Of a DNA stretch of 64,000 nucleotides, positions 19,962 to 28,635 are shown in pieces. The position numbers were made by a program, and so were the translations under genes. The notes below the pieces were generated by a model. It had not been told where the DNA came from. It ran no database searches and was given only the letters and a program-made list of their open reading frames with translations. Every line of letters starts with the position of its first letter. Position 1 is the first letter of the stretch. Source of the stretch: Trueperaceae bacterium (GTDB lineage: Bacteria > Deinococcota > Deinococci > Deinococcales > Trueperaceae); NCBI GenBank assembly GCA_965213925.1, contig OZ243927.1, positions 416,001 through 480,000 on the forward strand, given 5' to 3'.

Positions 19962-20921
19962 CTAGCGGATGATGTCGCTGTGGGCTTGGTCCAAAAGCCG
20001 GTCTAGCTCGAGCCGACTCACCACCGGCTGGTCGCCATATTGACTCAGCGAGAGCGCCGCGCAGAGCACGCCGTAGTGCAGACCCGTCTTGAAGTCATCC
20101 TGCAAAATTCCGTGCAGCACGCCCGCTACCATCGAATCGCCTGCGCCGATGCGGTCTAGGATGACGACATGCCGGGCGGGTACATGGGTGTAGCGTTCGC
20201 CATCCCAACCCATCAAACCCTCACTCGACATGGACATGATAATTTTGCGAGCACGAGTATGCTCCGCGAGCTGCGCGATCATCTCCTCAGTCTTACCTCG
20301 GCAACCGAATACGGTTTGCGCGTCGCCGCGTCCGCAAAAGAGGATGTCGAGGTCGCGCAGGAGCGGCAGCACGGCTTTTTTCGCCGCTTCGGGCGTCCAC
20401 AGGCGGCTACGGTAATTCATATCGAAACTCACGGGTATACCCGCCGCCTTCGCCCGCGACGCCGCTTCTTTCAAGACCGCTTCGCTGTTGCCGCACAGCC
20501 CAACGGTTATCCCTGAGAGGTGCAGGAGGCGCGTATCTAAAACATAATCCCAGTCGATGTCGTCGGGCGTGAGCTGCGTAAAACACGTTCCCCTACGGTC
20601 ATAGTAGACCTGCGTGGAGCGCGGCGGCACGGCGTACTCGACGTAGTAGGTGGCGAGGCGGTGGTCTTGGGACCAGATGACGGCGGAGAGGTCGAGCCCA
20701 GAGAAGCGGTAGTCGCCTGCGACGCGGCGACCCAAAGGCGTATCGGGCAAGGCGCTCACCCAACCGCAGGACCAGCCCAAACGCGAGAGCGTACACGCAA
20801 CGTTACCCTCTGTGCCCGAAACGTGCACGTCGAACTGTTTGGCTTGCTCGAGCATCATCCCCGCAGGCACGCACAAGCGGAGTTGCCCCTCCCCTATCGT
20901 CGTCACGTCGAAGCGCGGCAT
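19962..20921 (-). CDS. PfkB family sugar kinase (KDG kinase-like)
   Basis: IGE, SFDMNYR and DRIGAGDS PfkB signature. Confidence 0.85.
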   Translation of the reverse strand: MPRFDVTTIGEGQLRLCVPAGMMLEQAKQFDVHVSGTEGNVACTLSRLGWSCGWVSALPDTPLGRRVAGDYRFSGLDLSAVIWSQDHRLATYYVEYAVPPRSTQVYYDRRGTCFTQLTPDDIDWDYVLDTRLLHLSGITVGLCGNSEAVLKEAASRAKAAGIPVSFDMNYRSRLWTPEAAKKAVLPLLRDLDILFCGRGDAQTVFGCRGKTEEMIAQLAEHTRARKIIMSMSSEGLMGWDGERYTHVPARHVVILDRIGAGDSMVAGVLHGILQDDFKTGLHYGVLCAALSLSQYGDQPVVSRLELDRLLDQAHSDIIR

Positions 20922-21035
20922 CGCCCTGCCCTCCTCAAGATTTAGCTCATCCGTTAGCCCTCACTCTACTAAAATGTAGTCGAGACTGCAATAGCATCTA
21001 CTCGCCTCTTGAACACATGTGCAAACTAAAGGCTT

Positions 21036-21686
21036 TTACAGAGACCGCAAGAGGTCGAGCGAAAACTCGTTTAGTGACCCCAACACTGCGTCGGCTCGAG
21101 CCAACACCTCTTCGTCCACCGGAAACCTCTCGTCGGGAATAGCGATGACTTTCATGCCCGCATTCAAACCGGAGAGGATGCCGTTTTTAGAGTCCTCCAA
21201 GCACACGCATCTCTCCGGGTCAACGCCTAAACGCTTCGCTGTTTCTAAATAAACGTCAGGGTACGGCTTACCTCTTTCCACTTGGTCAGCGGACAAGATG
21301 ACTTCTAGCTTACCGCCCAATTCGGGTGATGCGGTCACAAGGTCGATCAAGCTGCGCTCCGAACCCGAAGCGAGCGCGGTTCGGTAGTGCGCCGCTGCCA
21401 AATCCACCGCCTCGACTGCACCTTCGCGAAAGGGGATTTGCTCGTTGTAGATGCCCCGCATCCGCTCAACAACCTCTTGGATGATGTCGTTTAGTGAGGA
21501 CTCGAGCCCCCACCTGTCGCGCATATACCGCGCCCACTCCTCCGTCGAAACCCCCATCACGGCGGCGTGGTCGTCCTCGTTCCAAGGTTTACCTAAGCGA
21601 GCCGCCATATCCGCCCGCGCCTGGTCCCACTTGGGCTCCGAGTCGATGAGAAGCCCGTCCATGTCGAAAATGACTGCGCTGAGCAA
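21036..21686 (-). CDS. HAD family phosphatase
   Basis: FDMDGLLIDSE, GKPYPDVY and EDSKNG. Confidence 0.88.
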   Translation of the reverse strand: MLSAVIFDMDGLLIDSEPKWDQARADMAARLGKPWNEDDHAAVMGVSTEEWARYMRDRWGLESSLNDIIQEVVERMRGIYNEQIPFREGAVEAVDLAAAHYRTALASGSERSLIDLVTASPELGGKLEVILSADQVERGKPYPDVYLETAKRLGVDPERCVCLEDSKNGILSGLNAGMKVIAIPDERFPVDEEVLARADAVLGSLNEFSLDLLRSL

Positions 21687-21876
21687 AATGCTACCTCCAA
21701 GTAGAGAGAATGCGGTGCGTATTCCTTAGCGACTCAGCACTTCAGCTTGTCAGGTTTTTGGGTTTCCCTGACTCGCTGACATAGGTTAGAGCGAAGCTCA
21801 AAGGCTTTTACAGGTTACGGCGTAAAGCCGGTCGCTTTCAGCGATCACCTGTGCCTTCACCTATGCTGACTAGCTT

Positions 21877-22815
21877 CTAGCCTTTTACCGCCCCCGCCGT
21901 CATCCCCTGAATAATCTGCTTCGCGGCGAAAAAGGTGATGATGAGGGGTGGAATCGCGATGAGGCTCCCCACCGCCATCATCTCGCCCCACAGCACGCCG
22001 CTGTCGCGGATGAATTCGGAGGCGAAGACGGGCAGCGTTTTGGTGTAGCGACTCGTCAGAAAGAGCGCCAAGATAAACTCGTTCCAGGCGATGCGAAAGG
22101 TGAAAATGGCGGAGACCGCGAAGCCGCCGCCCATGAGCGGGAAAATGACGCGGAATAAAACTTGCAAGAGGTTCGCGCCGTCTACGATGGCGGCTTCCTC
22201 GAGTTCCACCGGAATCTGCTGGATAAAGCCGAACAGGAGCCATACGGAGAAAGGTAGATTGAGCGCAGTATAAAAGAGCATCAAGCCGAGTTGCGAACCG
22301 TCCAAGAGGTCGCCGCGTCCGAGACCGTTCGGCAGATTAAAGCGCACCCCCTCCACCGCGTCCCCGATGCCCCACGAAATCCAAAAGCCGATGACCGCCA
22401 CCGCGATGACCGCAGGCGGAATCATGCGAATCACGAGCGTCGTCTGCGCGATGATGCCGCGCCCCGGAAAGCGCATTCGAGCGAGCGCGAACGCCGCCAT
22501 GCCCGCCGTGAGGAGCGTAAAAAAGGTCGAGCCGAGCGCGATAACCAGCGACGAGATGAGGTAGGGGATCATGCGGTAGGTCGTGATGACTTCCGTATAG
22601 TTGCTGACCGTCGGCATGAAAATCCAGCGGGGAACCCTGGACTGAATCTCCACGGGGAGCTTCAAAGAGGTCGCGAACATGACGAAAATCGGCGCGAGCG
22701 TGACGAGCGCGAGTGTCACGAGTGCGATGTAGCGCCACACGTCGCCACTTTTGGGGCTCGAGCGTTTCGCCCTGCGCTCCCGCTGTTCCAGACCTCTTTC
22801 TACCGTCCGCTGCAC
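21877..22815 (-). CDS. Carbohydrate ABC transporter permease (MalG-like)
   Basis: EAA loop IPVELEEAAIVDGA, WNEF and the C-terminal GMTAGAVKG. Confidence 0.9.
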   Translation of the reverse strand: MQRTVERGLEQRERRAKRSSPKSGDVWRYIALVTLALVTLAPIFVMFATSLKLPVEIQSRVPRWIFMPTVSNYTEVITTYRMIPYLISSLVIALGSTFFTLLTAGMAAFALARMRFPGRGIIAQTTLVIRMIPPAVIAVAVIGFWISWGIGDAVEGVRFNLPNGLGRGDLLDGSQLGLMLFYTALNLPFSVWLLFGFIQQIPVELEEAAIVDGANLLQVLFRVIFPLMGGGFAVSAIFTFRIAWNEFILALFLTSRYTKTLPVFASEFIRDSGVLWGEMMAVGSLIAIPPLIITFFAAKQIIQGMTAGAVKG

Positions 22816-22816
22816 C

Positions 22817-23725
22817 TTAAATCTCCCTGTCCTTGAGAGGATTGTTGTAGAGCATCAGCAAGATACTGAGGACGATTAAAATCACGCTGAGGAGTACCGC
22901 AATTGTCGCGGCGTAGCCCAAGTCTTGAGAGGTAAAGGCAGTTTGAAAGAGGAGGAGCGACAAAACCCGTGTCGAACTCCCCGGTCCGCCGTTCGTCATA
23001 ATGTAGATGACCTCTAAAGCCCTAAATACATCAATAATCCGCATCAGCAACGCGATCAACAAGATATTGCGCATCATCGGCAGCTTGATACGCCAGGTCA
23101 TCTGGAGCCAGTTCGCGCCGTCGATTTTGGAGGCTTCAATGATGTTCGAAGGTAAGCCTTGTAAACCCGCCAGCGCAATCATGAAGATGAAGGGCGTCCA
23201 CTGCCACACGTCGCTAATGACGATGGAGAACATCGCCAGCGCGGGGTCGGCGAGCCATTCTTGGCGGTCAAAGCCTAAGGTTTGTAAAAAGGGCAGGACG
23301 TCGCCGATGGACTCGAGGTAATAGTTAATCACGCCGTTACGGGCGTCGAGTAGATAACGCCAGATGAGTCCGACAACGATAGGCGCAATCATAAGCGGCA
23401 AGACAAAAATCGTGCGGAAGAACGACGCACCTCTTACGGGTTGCTCTAAGAGCAGCGCCAAGCCGACGCCGATGATCATCTCGAGCAACACCACCCAGAA
23501 CCCAAAGATAAACGTCACCCTGACCGCGCCCCATACGGTGGGGTCCGTCAAGAGGCGGCGGAAGTTCTGCCAGCCTAGATAGTCCTTCGCCGCCCACGCC
23601 TCACCGAAGTTCCAGTCGTAAAAGCTCAGCACGAGCGAGTTGTATAAGGGAACCATCAACCCAAGCGCCAGGATGGTCACAGCGGGGAGGAGAAACAAAT
23701 AGGGGACGAAGCGGTTTGTTCTCAT
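22817..23725 (-). CDS. Carbohydrate ABC transporter permease (MalF-like)
   Basis: WQWTPF, EASKIDGA and TNGGPG. Confidence 0.9.
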   Translation of the reverse strand: MRTNRFVPYLFLLPAVTILALGLMVPLYNSLVLSFYDWNFGEAWAAKDYLGWQNFRRLLTDPTVWGAVRVTFIFGFWVVLLEMIIGVGLALLLEQPVRGASFFRTIFVLPLMIAPIVVGLIWRYLLDARNGVINYYLESIGDVLPFLQTLGFDRQEWLADPALAMFSIVISDVWQWTPFIFMIALAGLQGLPSNIIEASKIDGANWLQMTWRIKLPMMRNILLIALLMRIIDVFRALEVIYIMTNGGPGSSTRVLSLLLFQTAFTSQDLGYAATIAVLLSVILIVLSILLMLYNNPLKDREI

Positions 23726-23751
23726 AAAGTTTTCTCGTGGGTTCTTCCATT

Positions 23752-23830
23752 AGCAGGTATCATCTGGTTTGAGACACTCTCACTATGCAAAGCGGTGTCT
23801 AGTACGCACATTCGGAGATGATATCTGCGC
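23752..23830 (+). repeat. Interspersed repeat family B copy
   Basis: AGCAGGTA.CATCTGGT...CTAG.ACGCAC.TTC.G.GATGATATCTGCG is colinear with the reverse complement of about 28875-28953 and with about 4076-4141. Confidence 0.7.
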
Positions 23831-23953
23831 TCATCCGTCTCAGTATGTCTTGGAACTGCTACGTGTGAAATTCTGTGTTTATGGAGCATTGGGAACCTTA
23901 AATATTTGGGGAATTTCTTTTGGTGTAGGCTCGAGGGACGAGGCGGGCAGCGC

Positions 23954-24063
23954 GTAGGGGCACGCCTATAGATAACTGTATGAATCGCCCCTACGGAGCG
24001 GTGCGTTTCCATCAGTATGAGAATTGTTGGCGATGTAGGGGCGGGTTTGAAACCCGCCCCTAC
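23954..24063. repeat. GTAG-type REP palindromes
   Basis: GTAGGGGC...GCCCCTAC (23954-23994) and GTAGGGGCGGGTTTGAAACCCGCCCCTAC (24035-24063); a related copy lies at 46484-46512. Confidence 0.7.
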
Positions 24064-24099
24064 GAAGCGAGGCATTATAAGTCAGTATGCACCGTGCCG

Positions 24100-25440
24100 C
24101 TACTGGTCCGTCCAGCTATAGTAACCCTCACGCGCTAACAGCTCACGGATACGCTCGTTCGCGCTGGTCATCGCTTCGGCAATGGACTTCTGTCCGGTCA
24201 ACGCAGCCGAAATCTCCTCGCCTAAAATCGGCGCGTTCATGGCGGGCCACTCGGGGATGAGGGGACGCCAGTCGGGGTCGGCGCACTCGAGCTGCTCCAA
24301 GACAACCGGAAACTCGGGGCGCATCGCTTGAAGCTCTTCGTTGGCGAGCGTAGACATCCGCATCGGGTTGCCGCCCGCTTCGACCACCATTTGGTCGCCC
24401 ATCTTGCTCGTGAACCACTGGATGAAGAGCCACGCGGCTTCTTTGTTCTGCGAATTCGAGGGAATCCCCATTGCGAAGCCGCCCGTTTCCGAGCCGCACT
24501 CGGCGGCGGTGGGGTGGAGCGCGTAGCCGACGTTGCCGACGATCGTAGAGGTCTCGGGGTTGTCCGCCATCGGCGCAATCGCCATGCGGTCTAGGTAAAT
24601 CGCGGCGTCACCTTGCAAAAAGGCGGCGTCTTGTTCGCCTGCACCGTTAGCCTCTGCGCCTGGGGGGGCGTTCTCGAGGATCGTCTTGAGCACCTGCGCC
24701 GCCTCAATCGCCTCGGGGCTATTCACTACGGGGTTGAAGTTGTCGTCCAAGACCGTCCCACCCAAAGGCGAGAGGTGGAGGAGCCAAGCGTGCACCACCT
24801 GGTGTCCCGCCGAGCCGCGCGTCGTTATGCCGTAGACATCGGGGACGTTTTCGGTGATGAACGCAGCCGTTTCTAACAGCTCATCGTAAGTCGTGGGTAC
24901 CTCTAGGTCGTACTCCTCGAAGATGTCCGTACGGTACGCTAAGATGCTCGTCTCGGGGCTAAAGGGGATGCCGTAAAGCGATGCGCCGGGTCCGTCCAAG
25001 TACCCTTTACGCCCACCCACCTTGCCGCCGTTCGTGAGGTACGCTGGGACGATATCCTCGATGTCGTAGTCGGGCATGGAAAGACGTGGATCGTTCAAAA
25101 AGGGCGCGAGCGGCGTGAGCCAGCCGTTGTCCACGTACTCGTTTTTGGTGAAGACCACCCAAGAGACGACATCTAAATCGCCCGAGTTGGGCTTGGAAAT
25201 CTCGGTGATTTGGCGGTCTTTCATGTTGAGGTACTGAGTCAAATCGAGTTCGACTTCGATGCCCGTCTCCTCGGTGAACTGCGGAATGAGGGTCGCGGCG
25301 TTTTCGAAGTGTGCCAGCGCGGGCCAGCTCACCACGATGGTCGTGCCGTCAAACTCCTCGTAAGGTTGGGCGAAGCTAAAGCCCGATAAAGAGATCAGTC
25401 CCGCCACTAACAAGAGAACGAATTTGCGGACGTGCGTCAT
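24100..25440 (-). CDS. Sugar ABC transporter substrate-binding protein
   Basis: Signal peptide; FTEETGIEV, YRTDIF, PTTYDEL and EAAWLFIQW (family 1 SBP). Confidence 0.88.
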   Translation of the reverse strand: MTHVRKFVLLLVAGLISLSGFSFAQPYEEFDGTTIVVSWPALAHFENAATLIPQFTEETGIEVELDLTQYLNMKDRQITEISKPNSGDLDVVSWVVFTKNEYVDNGWLTPLAPFLNDPRLSMPDYDIEDIVPAYLTNGGKVGGRKGYLDGPGASLYGIPFSPETSILAYRTDIFEEYDLEVPTTYDELLETAAFITENVPDVYGITTRGSAGHQVVHAWLLHLSPLGGTVLDDNFNPVVNSPEAIEAAQVLKTILENAPPGAEANGAGEQDAAFLQGDAAIYLDRMAIAPMADNPETSTIVGNVGYALHPTAAECGSETGGFAMGIPSNSQNKEAAWLFIQWFTSKMGDQMVVEAGGNPMRMSTLANEELQAMRPEFPVVLEQLECADPDWRPLIPEWPAMNAPILGEEISAALTGQKSIAEAMTSANERIRELLAREGYYSWTDQ

Positions 25441-25579
25441 CTTTTCTCCTTTACTGCCGTGCAGCTATTCGCGCACCGCATGTACTACCTAATTTTTGTG
25501 TGCCCAACGTAGTATAAGTTATCTTTTTCACTACCAACGTAGTCCCTGTCTACGATTAGCCTGACCGCTTCCCATCTCT

Positions 25580-26644
25580 CTACAAAAGCGCCTTAAAGGG
25601 CAGATCGGGCTCTTCACTAAACGCATCCTCGAAGCCGCGCCGGTAGTTGAACACGAGCCGGTCTTTGTCCAGTGGATGCGTATATCTGCCGCCGACTTGC
25701 CATATAAAGGGCTTGAAACCGTACTGATGACGCTCGCGGCGCATCTTCCAGAGCGTCAAAATCTCGTCTGTGTCCGCCTGAAAGTTCGTCCAGATGTCGT
25801 GATGTACTGGGATAACGACCTCTGCGTCCAGCCCTTCCGCCATCTTCAAGAGGTCGATGGCGGTCATCTTGTCGGTCATGCCGCGCGGATTATCGCCAAA
25901 AGAACCGAGCGCCACGTCAATATGGTGGTCGTTGCCGTGCTTCGTGTAGTAGTTCGAATAGTGCGAGTCGCCACTGTGATAGAGGTTGCCGCCCGGCGTT
26001 TTAACGAGATAGTTGACCGCACGCTCGTCCATCTCCAAAACGGGCTGGTCTTTGAGAGTCACGTCAGCGGTTGTCGTGACGAGTTCGGTGCGGTCAAAAG
26101 ATTCGAGCACAACAAGTTCCAAATCTTTAACCTGCAACGTATCGCCCGGCTTCACCACCACACACCGCGCTTCGGGCACGCCCCAATCTAGCCACTTGTC
26201 TACGCAGGTGTGCGGTCCGATGAACTGCACGGAAGGGTCACAGTTTTGCATTACGGCGGCGGCGACGTTTGGGTCGATGTGGTCGCTGTGGTCGTGGGTG
26301 GCTATCACGGCATCAATCTCGCGGATGGCGAAGGGGTCTAAGACGCAAACTGAGTTGCGTAAGTTCGGCTGGATGAGCTTCGCGCCGATGGCGCGGCGGT
26401 GCTGATGCCCTTCGCGCATCGTCTTGACCTTTTGCGTGCGCTTACCGCTGCCTACCCAGAGGTCGAAACAGAGGTTCGCGTTTCCCTCAGTTTTCAGCCA
26501 AATCCCCGTGCAACCGAGCCACCACATCGCGAAGGTACCGGGGTCAACCTCAGTTTGCTCGATCTCTTCATTGAGCCACGTGCCCCACTCGGGGAAGGTG
26601 TCTAAAATCCAAGACTCTCTGGTGATTTCGTCTACTTTGCTCAA
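25580..26644 (-). CDS. ulaG: L-ascorbate 6-phosphate lactonase
   Basis: [29 protein letters not shown]-terminus, WWLGCTG, THDHSDH, HSGDSH and HHDIW. Confidence 0.9.
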   Translation of the reverse strand: MSKVDEITRESWILDTFPEWGTWLNEEIEQTEVDPGTFAMWWLGCTGIWLKTEGNANLCFDLWVGSGKRTQKVKTMREGHQHRRAIGAKLIQPNLRNSVCVLDPFAIREIDAVIATHDHSDHIDPNVAAAVMQNCDPSVQFIGPHTCVDKWLDWGVPEARCVVVKPGDTLQVKDLELVVLESFDRTELVTTTADVTLKDQPVLEMDERAVNYLVKTPGGNLYHSGDSHYSNYYTKHGNDHHIDVALGSFGDNPRGMTDKMTAIDLLKMAEGLDAEVVIPVHHDIWTNFQADTDEILTLWKMRRERHQYGFKPFIWQVGGRYTHPLDKDRLVFNYRRGFEDAFSEEPDLPFKALL

Positions 26645-26729
26645 ACTTCACCTCTTGCTGTCTGCGTCTATAAATCTGCCGCTAGAGAAGGCGTTTCTCT
26701 TGAATAGGACGCTCGAGTTTGTTCTTTAA

Positions 26730-26937
26730 TTAATTAAAAAATGAATGATGTCATTCTGTTCACGAAGTTGGGCGTAGCCGCTGTAACGAAGTGAAGTGTA
26801 AGAATCTCTGACCTTGCTGACACCTCTTGCTGAGAGTGCGAGTTACAAAGTTTTGGCATAGCCAAACGAGACCCTTACGCCTTCGGCTCAGGGTGACATG
26901 CTAATAAGTATCAACACTTAGTCTACGGCGTATTTAT
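26730..26937 (-). mobile_element. Repeat family A, copy 2 (inverted)
   Basis: Reverse complement of the family A core (ATGTCATTCTGTTCACGAAGTTGGGCGTAGCCGCTG...CCTTCGGCTCAGGGTGACA). Confidence 0.7.
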
Positions 26938-27102
26938 ATATTCACAAATAGAATAGCGGCTCGAAATCAGCACGTCAACACATCTACCTACATTTTTGCA
27001 CATATGCTCAATCGTTCAACAGCTCAGCGTGAGATACACCTCTTGGGTCTCGAGACAATTTTCATCTTGATATTTCGGCTAGACTTCTATGCTGGGGCAA
27101 CT

Positions 27103-27438
27103 ATGAATAGACCTATCGACAATCCTCCCAACTTAAACCACTTTCGGGGCACTCGGCGCAGCATCCTGACGCTCGTCTGCGGCGTCGCAATCGGCTTCGC
27201 GGCGAGTTCCGACACCCCTCTTCTCTTAGGCGTCGCCTGGCTCTTCGCCGCGTTCGCCTATGCTGAAAAAAGCTACCTCGATGAGCAGTACTCGAGGGCT
27301 ATCATGCTGTGGACGTTCGGCGTGGCTGGCTTAGCAGGGACGCTCCTTGTGCAGCAGCAATATCTGGCGGGAGCCGTACTTGGCGCGTTAGCAGCGGGCT
27401 ACGCGGTGCAGGCGTGGTGGGCTAGGGCACGGGCTTAG
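27103..27438 (+). CDS. Small membrane protein, hypothetical
   Basis: About 111 aa with four hydrophobic segments; GC-rich coding-like codon usage. Start uncertain. Confidence 0.55.
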   Translation: MNRPIDNPPNLNHFRGTRRSILTLVCGVAIGFAASSDTPLLLGVAWLFAAFAYAEKSYLDEQYSRAIMLWTFGVAGLAGTLLVQQQYLAGAVLGALAAGYAVQAWWARARA

Positions 27439-27485
27439 CTCGAGCTTCACAATACGACGCTCAATCTTAATGAAGATTGTGGTGC

Positions 27486-27514
27486 TTGACACCTTATGTG
27501 AGGTTTGCTACACT
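27486..27514 (+). promoter_or_regulatory. Sigma70 promoter of the Y RNA/tRNA/rsr/rtcB locus
   Basis: TTGACA (27486-27491), 17-bp spacer, extended TGn plus TACACT (27509-27514); the first Y-like RNA starts at 27523. Confidence 0.8.
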
Positions 27515-27522
27515 TCTAATTC

Positions 27523-27590
27523 GCGGACCGAAGAGACTTCGTTACCTGACTTTCCCTCAGACCTAACCCGAAGTCTCACCACTCGTCCGC
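27523..27590 (+). ncRNA. Y RNA-like element 0 (minimal)
   Basis: GCGGAC-C-GA...CTC-GTCCGC bulged Ro-binding stem, inner stem AGACTTCG/CGAAGTCT, TTACC motif, small hairpin CTGA-CTTTCCC-TCAG. Confidence 0.75.
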
Positions 27591-27640
27591 TAATTTCCAA
27601 GAAAGGGAGACACTCACCGCTTTGTGAGGTCGTGGACGCT

Positions 27641-27772
27641 ATGAATAAACATTTTATACAACCCGAACACGGCTCCATCCTGAGCGCCGAGCCCACCTGG
27701 TTTTTCCAGCGTGCCACCTGGTTTTTCCAGCGTGCCACCTGGTTTTTCCAGCGTGATAGTCGGCGAGCGTAA
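27641..27772 (+). CDS. Candidate leader peptide (43 aa, TWFFQR x3)
   Basis: ATG at 27641 after GAGGT; the ORF spans the 21-bp triple repeat. Coding status unproven. Confidence 0.35.
   Translation: MNKHFIQPEHGSILSAEPTWFFQRATWFFQRATWFFQRDSRRA
27693..27755 (+). repeat. Perfect tandem repeat, 3 x 21 bp
   Basis: CCACCTGGTTTTTCCAGCGTG at 27693, 27714 and 27735. Confidence 0.95.
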
Positions 27773-27853
27773 GGATATTAAGGTGAGTTGGACCCCTCGA
27801 ATATTTTTAACCCCCAAAAACTGAATAGTACTCACCTTAATTTGGAGCTATAG

Positions 27854-27986
27854 ACGGGCCGAAGACGTTTCGTTATCTGGATCATCGTGTTGCGGGTTCG
27901 AATCCCGTCTAGCGTCAGCTAGTAGCTCAAACGGTTAGAGCATATGATGGAGCCTAGCTCCTACCGAAATGTCGTCTCTTGCCCGT
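27854..27986 (+). ncRNA. Y RNA-like element 1 (YrlA-type, T arm-acceptor hairpin-D arm)
   Basis: ACGGGC-C-GAAG...CTT-GCCCGT; GTTATC; T arm GCGGG-TTCGAAT-CCCGT; CTAGC-GTCA-GCTAG; D arm TAGCTCAAACGGTTAGAGC. Confidence 0.85.
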
Positions 27987-28054
27987 TTTCAAAGAAGAGT
28001 TGTCCGCAAGGGCTAACTCACAGGTCTTTATACCCCTCTGAGGCTATTCGCTCT

Positions 28055-28144
28055 GATGGACTGACGCAGTTTGGTTATCTGGATTCACAAGTTCGACTCT
28101 TGACCTAGCGCAAGCTAGCATCCAAACTACGTTCCTTGTCCATC
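28055..28144 (+). ncRNA. Y RNA-like element 2 (T arm + acceptor hairpin, no D arm)
   Basis: GATGGAC-T-GA...CTT-GTCCATC; GTTATC; CAAG-TTCGACT-CTTG; CTAGC-GCAA-GCTAG. Confidence 0.75.
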
Positions 28145-28156
28145 TCTACTAGACCT

Positions 28157-28232
28157 GGTGCCATCGTCTAGCGGTCTAGGACTCGAGCCTTTCACGTTCG
28201 CAACAGGGGTTCAAATCCCCTTGGCATCACCA
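28157..28232 (+). tRNA. tRNA-Glu(TTC)
   Basis: Full cloverleaf: GGTGCCA/TGGCATC, D arm GTCT/GGAC, CGAGC-CTTTCAC-GTTCG, AGGGG-TTCAAAT-CCCCT, encoded ACCA. Confidence 0.88.
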
Positions 28233-28243
28233 ACCTAATTTAC

Positions 28244-28414
28244 GATGTGGGCCGAAGCGTGTCCGTTATCGACTTCTAATCGGCAGGTCGCGGGTTCGAC
28301 TCCCGCCCAGCACCCCCAACATGGTGCTGGTAGCTCAGTGGCAGAGCAGCTCGAGCACCACTTGGTTTGGTAGAACCCCAGTGCTCGTTCGGACATTCAC
28401 CCCTTGCCTACATC
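28244..28414 (+). ncRNA. Y RNA-like element 3 containing permuted tRNA with TCT (Arg) anticodon loop
   Basis: GATGTGGGC-C-GAAG...CTT-GCCTACATC; GTTATC; TCGA-CTTCTAA-TCGG; T arm; CCAGCACC/GGTGCTGG; D arm TAGCTCAGTGGCAGAGC. Confidence 0.85.
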
Positions 28415-28419
28415 TTTTC

Positions 28420-28493
28420 AGCGCCATCGTCTAACGGCAAGATTCCTGGTTCTTACCCAGGGGATGAAGGTTCAAATCCTTCTGGCGCTACCA
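28420..28493 (+). tRNA. tRNA with CTT anticodon (nominal Lys) in a Glu-like body
   Basis: AGCGCCA/TGGCGCT, GTCT/AGAT, CCTGG-TTCTTAC-CCAGG, GAAGG-TTCAAAT-CCTTC, ACCA. Confidence 0.82.
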
Positions 28494-28494
28494 C

Positions 28495-28622
28495 AACTAA
28501 GCCGAAGGGCGTTCGTTATCGGTCAGAGCCCCTGAAAAGGGAGGACGCTGGTTCAACTCCAGCCTAGCCGCAAGGCTCAGTAGCTCAGGGAAACAACGCG
28601 AATGTCCACCCCTTGCCTAGTT
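28495..28622 (+). ncRNA. Y RNA-like element 4 containing permuted tRNA-Phe(GAA)-like module
   Basis: AACTAAGC-C-GAAG...CTT-GCCTAGTT; GTTATC; GGTCAGAGC, CCC-CTGAAAA-GGG, GCTGG-TTCAACT-CCAGC, then GGCTCAGTAGCTCAG. Confidence 0.82.
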
Positions 28623-28635
28623 TTATCTCTATCAT

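Noticed and set aside
23722..24075. 117-aa ORF between the SBP and permease genes
   Set aside because: It is composed of REP palindromes and repeat family B, so it is likely spurious.
27494..27510. Deinococcal radiation/desiccation response motif (DdrO site) in the promoter spacer
   Set aside because: Only the left half (TTATGT) resembles the motif; the right half is not palindromic.
27693..27755. CRISPR array
   Set aside because: The repeats are directly adjacent with no spacers, and there are no cas genes in the window.
28367..28567. 66-aa ORF in the ORF track
   Set aside because: It overlaps a tRNA and two Y-like RNAs and has no protein features.
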